Positions 8,824 to 18,874 are shown, counted from the stretch's first letter. The stretch is 64,000 bases of DNA from a virus (IMGVR_UViG_3300028591_000083:64001-128000); one strand, 5' to 3'. Notes: generated by a model from the sequence alone, not told the origin. Numbers and translations: made by a program.

Positions 8824-9075
8824 TTAGATGTTGACAAACTTATTATAATATTCACAAGCATTCTCAAATGCTTTCTGCCTTGTTTTTGCATAACCAAAAC
8901 CAGCATTAGAACGAATATAGTCATTTTGACAAGGTGAATATCTTATTTCAATAATACTCCAGTAATAACCAAGGTCTATATCTTGTTTTGTGAAAACTTC
9001 AATCACATAATCGTTTCTCATTGTAAATAACACCTCATCAAAGTATAATTTTTTCTTCGGTAAAAACATTAACAA
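8824..9075 (-). CDS. hypothetical protein (true start may be about 9021)
   Basis: ORF. Confidence 0.55.
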   Translation of the reverse strand: MLMFLPKKKLYFDEVLFTMRNDYVIEVFTKQDIDLGYYWSIIEIRYSPCQNDYIRSNAGFGYAKTRQKAFENACEYYNKFVNI

Positions 9076-9430
9076 CCTCTGCTCCTACACCAAACGCACT
9101 TCTCATCTCATATAGTTCTTCTTCTGTATAAACATGGTTTTTCATTCTTTCCTTATAGTTGTTGAGTTCTTCTGCTACTTGTGCATCTCTCATTGCAGCA
9201 TGACGATCAATATCAATAAGATCTGCATATTTGCTATGAAGAAGAACTTCCATGATATCTTCCATAAGGTAAGACCCATTTGTACTACATTTAGCAGCTC
9301 CGTTTTCAATAATCAATTCGCCGGTTTCGTAATCTTTTTCAATTTTATTGATTCTGGAAAGAGCATCGTTCTTCCAATAATCCCCAAACAAACCTTTAAG
9401 TTCTCTTACAAATCTGCTTTCCTTTTTCAT
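9038..9430 (-). CDS. hypothetical early protein
   Basis: first gene after promoter; RBS. Confidence 0.75.
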   Translation of the reverse strand: MKKESRFVRELKGLFGDYWKNDALSRINKIEKDYETGELIIENGAAKCSTNGSYLMEDIMEVLLHSKYADLIDIDRHAAMRDAQVAEELNNYKERMKNHVYTEEELYEMRSAFGVGAEVVNVFTEEKIIL

Positions 9431-9474
9431 AATATGCCCTCCTATTCATTATGGTTACTTCCTCTTACAAATAT

Positions 9475-9503
9475 AGTATAACATATTTTATCTGAAATGT
9501 CAA
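9475..9503 (-). promoter_or_regulatory. sigma70-type early promoter
   Basis: TTGACA-N17-TATACT. Confidence 0.85.
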
Positions 9504-9514
9504 TAGGAAATAAT

Positions 9515-9568
9515 AAAAAATATCACACAAACATAGCAGAAAATAATCAACTATATTTGTGTGATATT
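9515..9568 (-). terminator. intrinsic terminator
   Basis: AATATCACACAAA..TTTGTGTGATATT stem + U run. Confidence 0.7.
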
Positions 9569-9582
9569 ACTAAATTACGAAT

Positions 9583-9942
9583 TCATATCCATTCAAGATA
9601 AAATGTTTTTGAGTCCATAAATGATGGAAATTTTGATAGATCAAAAAGAAATGGATGTCTCGAATAAGTTCTGATATATTCTTTCAGGTATAAATCAAGA
9701 AACCGCACGAATTCTTCTTTATTCATATGTATTTGCATATCTGGCGAAATATACGATTTGTTATCTGAAAGATAGTCATAAAGCTCACCTCTTTCAACGC
9801 CGTACATATATCCAATTTCATCGTGTGTCTCAACAAGAAATTCTATAAATTCGTGTTTTTCGTTTTCATTCACATATCCAAGAAGTTTTCCAAGATTCAT
9901 CGTTTCTTTTTTATCGTTCGTTACAATTAAACAAATTCCCAT
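9583..9942 (-). CDS. hypothetical protein
   Basis: ORF with RBS. Confidence 0.7.
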   Translation of the reverse strand: MGICLIVTNDKKETMNLGKLLGYVNENEKHEFIEFLVETHDEIGYMYGVERGELYDYLSDNKSYISPDMQIHMNKEEFVRFLDLYLKEYIRTYSRHPFLFDLSKFPSFMDSKTFYLEWI

Positions 9943-9963
9943 AATAATCCTCCAAAAATATAA

Positions 9964-10788
9964 TTAGTAATTTCTAAGTTGATCAATCAAAACAAAAACA
10001 GTCATATTCACATTCGGGTTGATTGAGTGTAAATATCGTTTCATTTCTTTTATAGTAGAACCTGATGTAATGAAATCATCACAAATTAAAGCCTCAGTTC
10101 CGGATTCCATTGCTTCAAATATCTTTCGATGTTCATCAGTATCGAATTTCAAGAAGTTATAAAATCCTTCTCGCGCAATAACAGGAAGAAATCGTTTGAT
10201 CTTAAACAACTCTCCATTTTTCTTCATATTGTAAAAAACTCTTTCAACAGATCTAACAGCTCGTTCCGCCGATACTTCATCACTGTATTTGTCAGTTTGC
10301 ATCAAAAGTCGTTTTGCTTTATCTCTATCAAATCGGATATTTTCATATGTATCTTTTACAAGTTTGATGTCGAGAAATTTTCCATTCGTATATTCAAGCA
10401 TTAAACTATCCAATATCGCCATAACACCGTCTGTCTTTATATCAGAGAAATCTGTCATAAAAACAATATCGAATGAATCTAGTTTTTTATAAGCATCCAT
10501 ATGAAGCATTCCAATCTCAATGAAGTCAAAAATGCTATCTTCATAAAAATATACAGGATCGTTATAGTTGTGTTTAAATAACTTTCTGAATTCTTTGATG
10601 TCTTTTTGATTTGCTTCCGGATTAAACTTGTATGCATAGAAATATGTAAGACCATTTGCTGTCTTAATTCCACTTTCATCAGTAGATAAATGTAGAATAT
10701 CTGTGTTCAGATCTTTTGTGTAGTCAAAATCATATTTTCCTTCAAAGTTCTTAGATATGCCATCTTTTATAACCACATTATTCACCAC
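9964..10788 (-). CDS. type I phosphoribosyltransferase-like protein
   Basis: PRPP-binding loop LICDDFITSGST near C-terminus. Confidence 0.75.
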   Translation of the reverse strand: MVNNVVIKDGISKNFEGKYDFDYTKDLNTDILHLSTDESGIKTANGLTYFYAYKFNPEANQKDIKEFRKLFKHNYNDPVYFYEDSIFDFIEIGMLHMDAYKKLDSFDIVFMTDFSDIKTDGVMAILDSLMLEYTNGKFLDIKLVKDTYENIRFDRDKAKRLLMQTDKYSDEVSAERAVRSVERVFYNMKKNGELFKIKRFLPVIAREGFYNFLKFDTDEHRKIFEAMESGTEALICDDFITSGSTIKEMKRYLHSINPNVNMTVFVLIDQLRNY

Positions 10789-10806
10789 CTAAAATATTTC
10801 AATTAC

Positions 10807-10835
10807 AGTGTAACACAGAAACAATAATTTGTCAA
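10807..10835 (-). promoter_or_regulatory. sigma70-type promoter
   Basis: TTGACA-N17-TACACT. Confidence 0.7.
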
Positions 10836-10899
10836 TATGTAATCATCCACAAATAAGACATTTATTTTCAATGCTTACTTATGGATGATTACTAAATTA

Positions 10900-13800
10900 T
10901 TATTCCTCTATATCCGCCATAGCTTCTTCAATAAATTTCTTTATATTAGATACATTAGCGATCTTAATAAGGTTTCCATCTTCATCCTGAACAACAAGAG
11001 TTGGTGCTTGATTGATATCAAATTTTCTAGCAGTTTCCATATCCTGATCTGCGACTACAAGATCATATACAAAATCATATTCTGCTAATAACTGTTTTAC
11101 TATTTTACAGTTAGGGCAGGTTGATGTTGTAAATAGAATAGGTCTTTCTAGTTTAATATCTTCTGGTTCATTTACTTCTTGTTCTTTTGTTTGAACTGGT
11201 GTGCTTTTGAATTCACGGGAGAAATTAGTGTATTCTTTTCTATCCTTAAACTCATGAGCTTTACCATCATTAAAGTTTTGAACAGCTCTATAATATCCGG
11301 TAACACGACTATACACTTCTGTATCTCTTCCGCAATGAGGACATTTCCACTGTTCTCCGACAAGATATCCATGTTCTTGACAAATAGAATATGTTGGGGA
11401 GAATGTAACATATTGTAGTTTATAATTCTCAACAATCTTTCTAGTAAGATTCATAGCAGCTTGCCAAGAAGGAAGTTTCTCACCTAAGAAAGCATGAAAT
11501 ACAGTTCCTCCGGTATACCTAGTCTGTAACTCGTCCTGATGATCTAATGCTTCAAATATATCATCTGTATAACCTACTGGAAGATTGGAACTATTCGTGT
11601 AATAAGGTGCCCCTTCTGTTTTATCTCCGGCTGTTATAATATCTGGAAAGTCCTTTTTGTCGTGAGATGCAAATCTATGTGTAACTCCTTCTGCTGGAGT
11701 TGCTTCAAAGTTGTAAAGATCGCCGTACTGCTCTTGATAATCGGAAAGTTTATTTCTCATAAAATCTAAGACTTCTTTTGTGAACTTATAACCTTCCGAA
11801 GAAACTATGGAATCTTTAATCCAGTTTGCGTTCAAACAACACTCGTTCATACCAACAATTCCAATAGTAGAGAAATGATCATTAAAAGATCCAAGGTATC
11901 TCTTTGTATACGGATACAAACCCTGATCTAAATACTGTGTTATAACATTTCTTTTTATTTTAAGACTTCTTGCAGCAATATCCATTAACTTTGTCAAACG
12001 TGAGTAGAATTCATCTTTTGTTTTCGATGTATATGCCAATCTAGGCATATTTATTGTTACAACACCAATAGATCCTGTGTTATCTCCACTTCCAAAATAA
12101 CCACCTGACTTTCTTCTAAGTTCACGGAGATCAAGACGAAGACGACAACACATTGCTCTCACCGAATCTGGCTGTAGGTCACTATTGATATAGTTGCTAA
12201 AATATGGAATTCCATATTTTGCTGTCATCTCAAAAAGAAGTTTATTATTTGGAGATTCAGTATCCCAGTCAAAATCTTTTGTTATTGAGTAAGTAGGTAT
12301 TGGATAGGCGAAAGAACGACCATCTTCATCACCATTTAACATTACTTCAATGAACGCCTTATTTATCATATCCATTTCACGTTTACAATCTTTATATTTG
12401 AAATCTACTTCTTTTCCGCCAACAATGCAGTTCATCTCTGCAAGATCATCTGGAACTGTCCAATCTAAAGTGAAGTTTGTGAATGGAGGTTGACATTGAC
12501 CTGAGATAAATACACAACCATTCTCTCTGAATACTGCTGTTCCATTATCAACACTCGGACACCAGACGGTACCAGAGTAATCAACTTCCTCTCTTGATGT
12601 TGGGTATATGCTATTTACTTTCCTTATCTTTACATAATTTGTTGTTTTGCCAGATTTTAATTCGTCTTTAACTATATAAGAACATCTTCCTGATAGGACT
12701 GCTATTTGTTGAAGCTGATCTCTTATTACATCATTATCATATTGACAAAGTTGTTTGTCTTCATCTCCGTCAAATGATGCCCATATATGCAAAAAAAGTT
12801 CTGCTTGTGACTTACTCATTTTCATAAATTTTGAATCAATGCTTGTTTTATTTCCGCATAGATCAACAATAAATCTTGCACTATCTCCGTATAAGGTATA
12901 TTTATTTACCTTACCGAAAGCACTGTCTATACAATCAAAACTATATTTAAGTCCGAGTGAATTTAATACGTAAGAAAGCTCCTCATTTCCAAACCGATTC
13001 GGTGATTTATATATTGTAACTTTATGAATCACTCCGTTTCTAAAATCAAAGGAACCATCTGTATATACCATAGCAGCTAACGTAATTAGGTCATCGTTCA
13101 GTTCATTATTGTTTATTTCTGAACTGTTGAAAGAAAGCGGCAGCGCATAAGGCGTTTTAACATTAAATATTTCTTCGCTGCGTTTAATTACACACTCATT
13201 TGAATTATGTTTTCTAACAAGAACTCTGTGATCAGGAGTTACTGTCTGAATATAATTTCTTCCGCGATATGAATGCAACTTTCCAGAGAATTCTTTTATT
13301 ACAACTTTATTTACTGTATTTAGTTCAAGTCTTCCGTCTTTGAATGTATATATTCTGTCTCCTTCTTTTAATTCGTCATATTTCTTAAATCCGTTTTCAG
13401 ATAAAACCTCTGTATTTGTGCTGACACACCCCCACCTAGATGGCGTATTAAGACCAAACACCAAGGATTGAATACATTGATATACTTCTTTGTAAGAAAG
13501 ATTATCAACTTTTACAAATGGTGCTAATAGTGTATCAACAGAATTAAACGCTTGTGCCCCTGACCACTCAAGCGACATCGTACCCAAAAAGTTTATCATT
13601 TGATTACACAGAGTTGAAAGATGTTTTGCTGGTGCTGATGATATTTTTCTAGGTACTCCACCGAAACCTTCTTTGATAAGTGTTTTCAATGACCATCCTG
13701 CGCAATTATGAACAAAGATATCTCCTTCAATTAAGAAGTTATGATATTTAGGAACAGTTAAATCATATACTGGAATTGATTTATCCAGTTTAACAATTTT

Positions 13801-14769
13801 AGATTCTTTTAATTGTACGTGGTATTCGTTGTATCCTCCGCCAATATCATATTCTAAACCAACCACATTATCATTTTCGCAGAGTTCTGATGCCTTTACA
13901 TATGAATACTCTGATCCAGATGATGAAACTTTTTCTACAAGATACGGATGATCTAGTGTTGATTTTATTGTAATATCTCCATAACAAAGTGTGTGGAATG
14001 TCAATTCTATTACTTCGTCAACATATCTTGTAACTCTGATATCATCTGCCTGTACTACTTCAAATTCATCTTCTTTTCCGGTATGTGCAATGACATACGG
14101 TTTTTTTCGTCCTGACTTAATAAGATCCTCGAACGAAACAAATTCACTATAATCAATTCTTTCATCGTAGATGTTAGTATAAGATTCAATATAATCTTTC
14201 TCAAACTCTTGCTTTATTACAGCTACCTTTGTATCTCCTGTAAAACAATAACCTGATAACATTGAAAGATCATGAATATGCATATCACAGTTTCTATGGG
14301 CGTTTGCAATTTCTTCATCATAAATTTCAGAAAGCCAATAGTTTGCTGTTACAGCTCCGGAGTTTCCTAAAATAAGACCGCCGAGAGAATAATCAATACT
14401 TGAATTTTCTTTCACACGCCAGTCAGATTTATCAATGTAACTCTCAATAACATTCTTATAATTCAATAAAGTATCTTTAGCATTTCTAACTCTTTCGTGT
14501 TGTTTTCTATATAGGATATATGCTTTTGCTACATCTTCATATCCATAAGTCATTAGGACTTTTTCTACGCTGTCTTGAATATCTTCTACACTCAGTACAT
14601 TGTCTTTTATTTTTGTTTCTGCATCTGCTACTGATTTTATTGATATTGTTTCTATGATTGATTCTTGATAATTTCTATTACATGAATCAAAGGTTCTTTT
14701 GATTGCTGATTTGATTTTTGATAGTTCAAATAATTCTAATTCTCCGCTGCGTTTCTTAATTTGGTACAT
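10900..14769 (-). CDS. nrdD: anaerobic (class III) ribonucleoside-triphosphate reductase with ATP cone, two inteins and C-terminal glutaredoxin domain
   Basis: N-terminal IKKRSG ATP cone; HIHDL; AMCCRL finger loop; EATPAEG; YYTNS; CPHCG; glycyl-radical RVTGYY; C-terminal TCPNC..QAPTL. Confidence 0.95.
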   Translation of the reverse strand: MYQIKKRSGELELFELSKIKSAIKRTFDSCNRNYQESIIETISIKSVADAETKIKDNVLSVEDIQDSVEKVLMTYGYEDVAKAYILYRKQHERVRNAKDTLLNYKNVIESYIDKSDWRVKENSSIDYSLGGLILGNSGAVTANYWLSEIYDEEIANAHRNCDMHIHDLSMLSGYCFTGDTKVAVIKQEFEKDYIESYTNIYDERIDYSEFVSFEDLIKSGRKKPYVIAHTGKEDEFEVVQADDIRVTRYVDEVIELTFHTLCYGDITIKSTLDHPYLVEKVSSSGSEYSYVKASELCENDNVVGLEYDIGGGYNEYHVQLKESKIVKLDKSIPVYDLTVPKYHNFLIEGDIFVHNCAGWSLKTLIKEGFGGVPRKISSAPAKHLSTLCNQMINFLGTMSLEWSGAQAFNSVDTLLAPFVKVDNLSYKEVYQCIQSLVFGLNTPSRWGCVSTNTEVLSENGFKKYDELKEGDRIYTFKDGRLELNTVNKVVIKEFSGKLHSYRGRNYIQTVTPDHRVLVRKHNSNECVIKRSEEIFNVKTPYALPLSFNSSEINNNELNDDLITLAAMVYTDGSFDFRNGVIHKVTIYKSPNRFGNEELSYVLNSLGLKYSFDCIDSAFGKVNKYTLYGDSARFIVDLCGNKTSIDSKFMKMSKSQAELFLHIWASFDGDEDKQLCQYDNDVIRDQLQQIAVLSGRCSYIVKDELKSGKTTNYVKIRKVNSIYPTSREEVDYSGTVWCPSVDNGTAVFRENGCVFISGQCQPPFTNFTLDWTVPDDLAEMNCIVGGKEVDFKYKDCKREMDMINKAFIEVMLNGDEDGRSFAYPIPTYSITKDFDWDTESPNNKLLFEMTAKYGIPYFSNYINSDLQPDSVRAMCCRLRLDLRELRRKSGGYFGSGDNTGSIGVVTINMPRLAYTSKTKDEFYSRLTKLMDIAARSLKIKRNVITQYLDQGLYPYTKRYLGSFNDHFSTIGIVGMNECCLNANWIKDSIVSSEGYKFTKEVLDFMRNKLSDYQEQYGDLYNFEATPAEGVTHRFASHDKKDFPDIITAGDKTEGAPYYTNSSNLPVGYTDDIFEALDHQDELQTRYTGGTVFHAFLGEKLPSWQAAMNLTRKIVENYKLQYVTFSPTYSICQEHGYLVGEQWKCPHCGRDTEVYSRVTGYYRAVQNFNDGKAHEFKDRKEYTNFSREFKSTPVQTKEQEVNEPEDIKLERPILFTTSTCPNCKIVKQLLAEYDFVYDLVVADQDMETARKFDINQAPTLVVQDEDGNLIKIANVSNIKKFIEEAMADIEE
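12496..13428 (-). mobile_element. intein 2 in nrdD (311 aa, LAGLIDADG-like endonuclease, Gln terminus)
   Basis: begins CVSTNTEVL; block B VTPDHRV; LAAMVYTDGS and FDGD motifs; ends VFISGQ|C. Confidence 0.85.
13705..14247 (-). mobile_element. intein 1 in nrdD (181 aa mini-intein)
   Basis: begins CFTGDTKV; STLDHPY; VYDLTV..HNF; ends FVHN|C. Confidence 0.9.
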
Positions 14770-14966
14770 GGTGAAAACTTCCTCTCTTTGAAAAATTTTT
14801 GTTATCCCTCCACAAGCATCCCGTTTAGGATGTACTGATAGAGTTGGAATAAGAATAATATTTCCACCGCTTTTTTGGAATAAAAATCAAGTTAAAATAG
14901 ATTCTACTATTCCTACAAAAAGTAATGGAAATATTCTAAGTATATTTTATTGGAAAAGTATAAATT

Positions 14967-14982
14967 TAACTATATGTAGTAT
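14967..14982 (-). promoter_or_regulatory. NrdR-box-like site upstream of nrdD
   Basis: ATACTACATATAGTTA resembles acaCwAtATaTwGtgt. Confidence 0.4.
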
Positions 14983-15001
14983 TCGTATATTCTTTTATGT
15001 A

Positions 15002-15628
15002 CTAAATATAGTTCAAATAGTCTTTATCCTCAGTTATCCGGAGTTCCATTTTAGCTGTTGCAATCTCAAATTCAAGATCAGAAATTTCACGCTGTAAAGC
15101 CGAAATATTGTCTGCGTAATCTGATTTGAATTTGTCTATCTTATCTTGGAACAGAAGTCTCTTACTGTTTAGCTTTGCAATTTTTTCGTTCAATGCATTG
15201 ATAGCTTCTTGTTTATTATTTTGTGCTTCTGCTTCTTTATCTGAGTCGTATTCTTCTTCATAGTCGCCGTACTGAGCAATCGTTCTTTCCACGAAATCAC
15301 AAAGAGATTTTAACTCACTTACATTCCAGTTATTCGTGACTTCTTTTCTATCATATCTACTAATGTCATGTGTTTTAAATTTCATCAAAACATAACAGTT
15401 ACCAATTATAAGTACATATGTACTATCACAGTATGCTTCTGTGCATAATGTGAGTGTTTTCTTATTTTCCATATTTTTGTCATATAGTGTCCAATTTATC
15501 TCTTTGAGAACTTTAGATTTAATAAGTGATCCACCGAAATTTAAAGTTGTACCTTCAATCCGATCAATCCATTTGTCAACAGCTTTCTCAACGTATTCAA
15601 AGAAACCCTTATCATACTTAATGTTCAT
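15002..15628 (-). CDS. hypothetical protein, coiled-coil C-terminus (ends at TAG)
   Basis: ORF with RBS. Confidence 0.7.
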   Translation of the reverse strand: MNIKYDKGFFEYVEKAVDKWIDRIEGTTLNFGGSLIKSKVLKEINWTLYDKNMENKKTLTLCTEAYCDSTYVLIIGNCYVLMKFKTHDISRYDRKEVTNNWNVSELKSLCDFVERTIAQYGDYEEEYDSDKEAEAQNNKQEAINALNEKIAKLNSKRLLFQDKIDKFKSDYADNISALQREISDLEFEIATAKMELRITEDKDYLNYI

Positions 15629-15843
15629 TTCTTATCCTCCTTATTCATACTAAGAACAGCATTCATTTCTTCTTTTACTGCCAAATCTAATTCTACATTT
15701 AGCAGTTCTATTTTAACGGCATTCTTTTCTGAATCTTTCTTCAGTTCTTCAATTCGCCTCTGAATATCACACTTCTGGTGCATCCAGAATAAATGAAGAT
15801 CATAAGGGCTTAATTTATTTTTGTCTAACTTACTTGTATCCAT
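15625..15843 (-). CDS. hypothetical protein
   Basis: ORF with RBS. Confidence 0.65.
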   Translation of the reverse strand: MDTSKLDKNKLSPYDLHLFWMHQKCDIQRRIEELKKDSEKNAVKIELLNVELDLAVKEEMNAVLSMNKEDKK

Positions 15844-15846
15844 TTA

Positions 15847-16065
15847 TTACCTCCACTCTACATCATAGATAATTTTTAGATGTGCTTTCTTTGACCAATC
15901 AAAAAATGTTCCACACCTATCACAAGCAATTTCATTTTCTCCAAGTTTCTTATTGCAAGTCGGGCAAGAATAACTTACATAGTAGTGGTCATCTTTGCCG
16001 TCATTTCCAAATGAATATTTCGCCTCTGCTTTGGGTCTAACTTTTTCAGGAATTTTGTATTCCAT
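15847..16065 (-). CDS. zinc-ribbon protein
   Basis: CPTC..CDRCG..DW. Confidence 0.7.
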   Translation of the reverse strand: MEYKIPEKVRPKAEAKYSFGNDGKDDHYYVSYSCPTCNKKLGENEIACDRCGTFFDWSKKAHLKIIYDVEWR

Positions 16066-16069
16066 GTTA

Positions 16070-16606
16070 TCACCTTTCTTTCTTTAATTCATTCTTTATT
16101 TTATTCGCCAATTCTCTAACTTCATCATCTGTCATAGAATCAATATATGGCTCAATCTCTTTTTTAATAATGTTTAATTTATAATCTAGCTCTTTCTTAG
16201 CTGCGACTATCTCTACATGGTACTCATGAAATCTAGTTCTTGCAATATCTATAAAATTTTCAAGTTCACATTCTTTCCATGTGTATGTAAAATAACTATG
16301 ACCAAAATGTGTATATGGAGATATATTTGGAATGCAATTAACTGTAAATTTATTCTTACAGGTGCTAATCAGAAGCATCTCGTCATAGCTATTTCCAATA
16401 TAAATGTTTATAAAGTCATTATTATCACTGTCTTTGAGAATAGCTACGGTAACTTTTCTATCAGATAACCAAACTGTAGATTTATTATATTTTTGATTTG
16501 TGCAAATAAATCGTTCACCAGTTTGTCCAATATCAAAAAGATAGTCTCGAATATCCAATGTTATATTATTGAATAATTCAAGAACATCGTTATTTACATC
16601 AATCAT
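16070..16606 (-). CDS. hypothetical protein
   Basis: ORF with RBS. Confidence 0.7.
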   Translation of the reverse strand: MIDVNNDVLELFNNITLDIRDYLFDIGQTGERFICTNQKYNKSTVWLSDRKVTVAILKDSDNNDFINIYIGNSYDEMLLISTCKNKFTVNCIPNISPYTHFGHSYFTYTWKECELENFIDIARTRFHEYHVEIVAAKKELDYKLNIIKKEIEPYIDSMTDDEVRELANKIKNELKKER

Positions 16607-16910
16607 TTATACGCTCCTTATAGTCTTTCCATGCTTCTTCGTTTTCAATATAAGAGAATTCTTCTATTTCGTCAATAGGAATAATTGCAATAACGTCTAC
16701 ATCTGATTGACCCTCATTCCAGTCAAATTCTTCTATAAGTTCTCCATCCTCAGTTGTTATAAGTAGTTTTATGTATTTATATTTGTCTGTATCCGCATAT
16801 CTTTGACGAAGAAGCACAAGCACAGATTCAAAAATGCCTTTACTATCCATATATTTAATAATAGTATTACAAACATAATTTTGTGCTTCGTGAAAATCTT
16901 TGAATTTCAT
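16599..16910 (-). CDS. hypothetical protein
   Basis: ORF with RBS. Confidence 0.7.
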   Translation of the reverse strand: MKFKDFHEAQNYVCNTIIKYMDSKGIFESVLVLLRQRYADTDKYKYIKLLITTEDGELIEEFDWNEGQSDVDVIAIIPIDEIEEFSYIENEEAWKDYKERIND

Positions 16911-16939
16911 AATCTATTATCCTCCTATCCTTATTTTCT

Positions 16940-17371
16940 TTAACAAGCTCCATAGTCACGGATCAATCCTTGTCTGATATCTTCTGCCTGTTCATCTGAG
17001 ATAAGAGTTCCATCATAACGAACTGAGAAATTTTTAAGAAGTTCTGGCTTTACTGTATTTTCAAAATAATCAGTACATATATCATCTACACATTCCGGCA
17101 TGAATGAAGCATTTACTGTAACTCTCATTCTGAAAATATCAGTAAGTGTTTTGCTAGATCTAAGTAGGCAAAATTCTACTGATTGAATAAGATTATCTTT
17201 CTGTTTTAGATCCTTCTCCATTTCAGAAAAGGACTTTTTGAAGAATTCGCTCGGTTTCCTCGCAAAACCAAGAGTGAAGATTTCAAACATTCTATCTGGT
17301 ACTGTAAACTGGGTTTCAATTAGTTTAGAAATAGCCGTAGAGAATTCATATTCATAGTCTTTTTTAATCAT
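16940..17371 (-). CDS. hypothetical protein
   Basis: ORF with RBS. Confidence 0.7.
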   Translation of the reverse strand: MIKKDYEYEFSTAISKLIETQFTVPDRMFEIFTLGFARKPSEFFKKSFSEMEKDLKQKDNLIQSVEFCLLRSSKTLTDIFRMRVTVNASFMPECVDDICTDYFENTVKPELLKNFSVRYDGTLISDEQAEDIRQGLIRDYGAC

Positions 17372-17392
17372 CTATATTATCCTTCCAATAAC

Positions 17393-17728
17393 TTAAAAAT
17401 AGTCTAGGCATTTTACAAGTTCTGATTTTTCCGAACATATCTTTTCAATCTTATCAAAATATTCCGCTTCATTATTATCTTCGGTTTTATAATAAGGTGG
17501 TGGAACACAATAATCATAAAAATCTTCCCAAGGATGAACGTGATTAAAACAGATATCTTCCGCATCTGCTAATATTTGATCTTTAGTTAGATACGAACAA
17601 TTATTGTAAAGATCAGTATAACACTCTATAAATTCTTGTTCTGTGAGATTGCATTTGATTGGTAAACAGGATACAGTAGAGAAACAGCACAAAAGTCCAT
17701 TCGGCTGTTTAATTGCAATAGTTGCCAT
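17393..17728 (-). CDS. hypothetical protein
   Basis: RBS; IAIKQPNGLLC..STV N-terminus. Confidence 0.7.
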   Translation of the reverse strand: MATIAIKQPNGLLCCFSTVSCLPIKCNLTEQEFIECYTDLYNNCSYLTKDQILADAEDICFNHVHPWEDFYDYCVPPPYYKTEDNNEAEYFDKIEKICSEKSELVKCLDYF

Positions 17729-18028
17729 TTGTTTTCTTCCTCCTGTCAAACATTCAATTTTGTATAGTCCGGAATCTTGAGAGTTGACGGAATATAATCG
17801 ACAATATCTTTTTCACAAATAAGCATTCAAGAAACCATCCTACTCAAAAAACCTGAGTGATTGCATAACTGGAAATTCTACCGAGCCAAACATCTCCATC
17901 AAGCCTATTGACAGTTATTCTATAATCGCTTGCTGAAATTTCATATGTGGTTAGAATCCTTTCGGTTCCGTTTTCATCTTTTACATATTCAATAACTTCA
18001 AAGATCATTTTTTTACTCTCCTCTTACT

Positions 18029-18475
18029 TTACTTGGTTATAGGTTTTTCCGAAAGAATTATGTTCGACATCTTATGTCCGCAAATAGAACAATAACATTC
18101 TCTGCGTAATGACTTATCCTGAATATATGACTTTTCATCACAATAAGAACATCTAATATCTCCGTTCTCATCAAAATACCAATCTGTTTCAACAACATCA
18201 ACATTCACATGAAACAATGTTATAAAATCCTTTAACGTAAAATTATCTGATTCTTTTGCTTCTTCAAATGTCATTGTATCTTCTCGGTATGAGATGTTTG
18301 TATAAAACGAAATGTCAGGGATATTTGGAATGCACTTACCGTCTTGCCATCTATGTTCTTTTTCGTACTTATCCTTATACGCCATCATTTCTTCTTCTGT
18401 AAGAAACCACTTGTGTTGTACCCTTATACGCTGATAGATTTCTGTTTCAAAGATAGTTAATCTATAAAGATTCAT
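18029..18475 (-). CDS. hypothetical protein, C-terminal zinc ribbon
   Basis: CSYC..CSICG. Confidence 0.7.
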   Translation of the reverse strand: MNLYRLTIFETEIYQRIRVQHKWFLTEEEMMAYKDKYEKEHRWQDGKCIPNIPDISFYTNISYREDTMTFEEAKESDNFTLKDFITLFHVNVDVVETDWYFDENGDIRCSYCDEKSYIQDKSLRRECYCSICGHKMSNIILSEKPITK

Positions 18476-18476
18476 C

Positions 18477-18770
18477 TTAAATCAACCTCCAGAAGTCAAT
18501 AAATGAATTGAAAACATCATTCTCCATCATTTTCTTATGATTATTTTTAAGTGTTGTTGTTCCATCAGCTTCATTTTTCTGTTCAAGTTGGCATTCCAGT
18601 CTTGCACATCTTGCTCTAAGTTTTTCGTGTTCACAGTCTCTATAATTCCGCTCTAGTTCAGATAACCTTTCTTTTAGTTCATCAATTTCTTCTTTGATCT
18701 TCATACACTCGTGCGACCAATAAAGTTCTTCTGTAACAAGAGCATCAATTTTTGAATATTCCATAATCAT
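18477..18770 (-). CDS. hypothetical coiled-coil protein
   Basis: ORF with RBS. Confidence 0.7.
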   Translation of the reverse strand: MIMEYSKIDALVTEELYWSHECMKIKEEIDELKERLSELERNYRDCEHEKLRARCARLECQLEQKNEADGTTTLKNNHKKMMENDVFNSFIDFWRLI

Positions 18771-18874
18771 TTACCTCCATTAACTTGTTTAAAGGCTTCA
18801 TAAAAATTTTTGAAATTTTCAAATGTTGCCATTTCTAATTCATTCAATCCTATAAATTACTAACCCACAAATAT

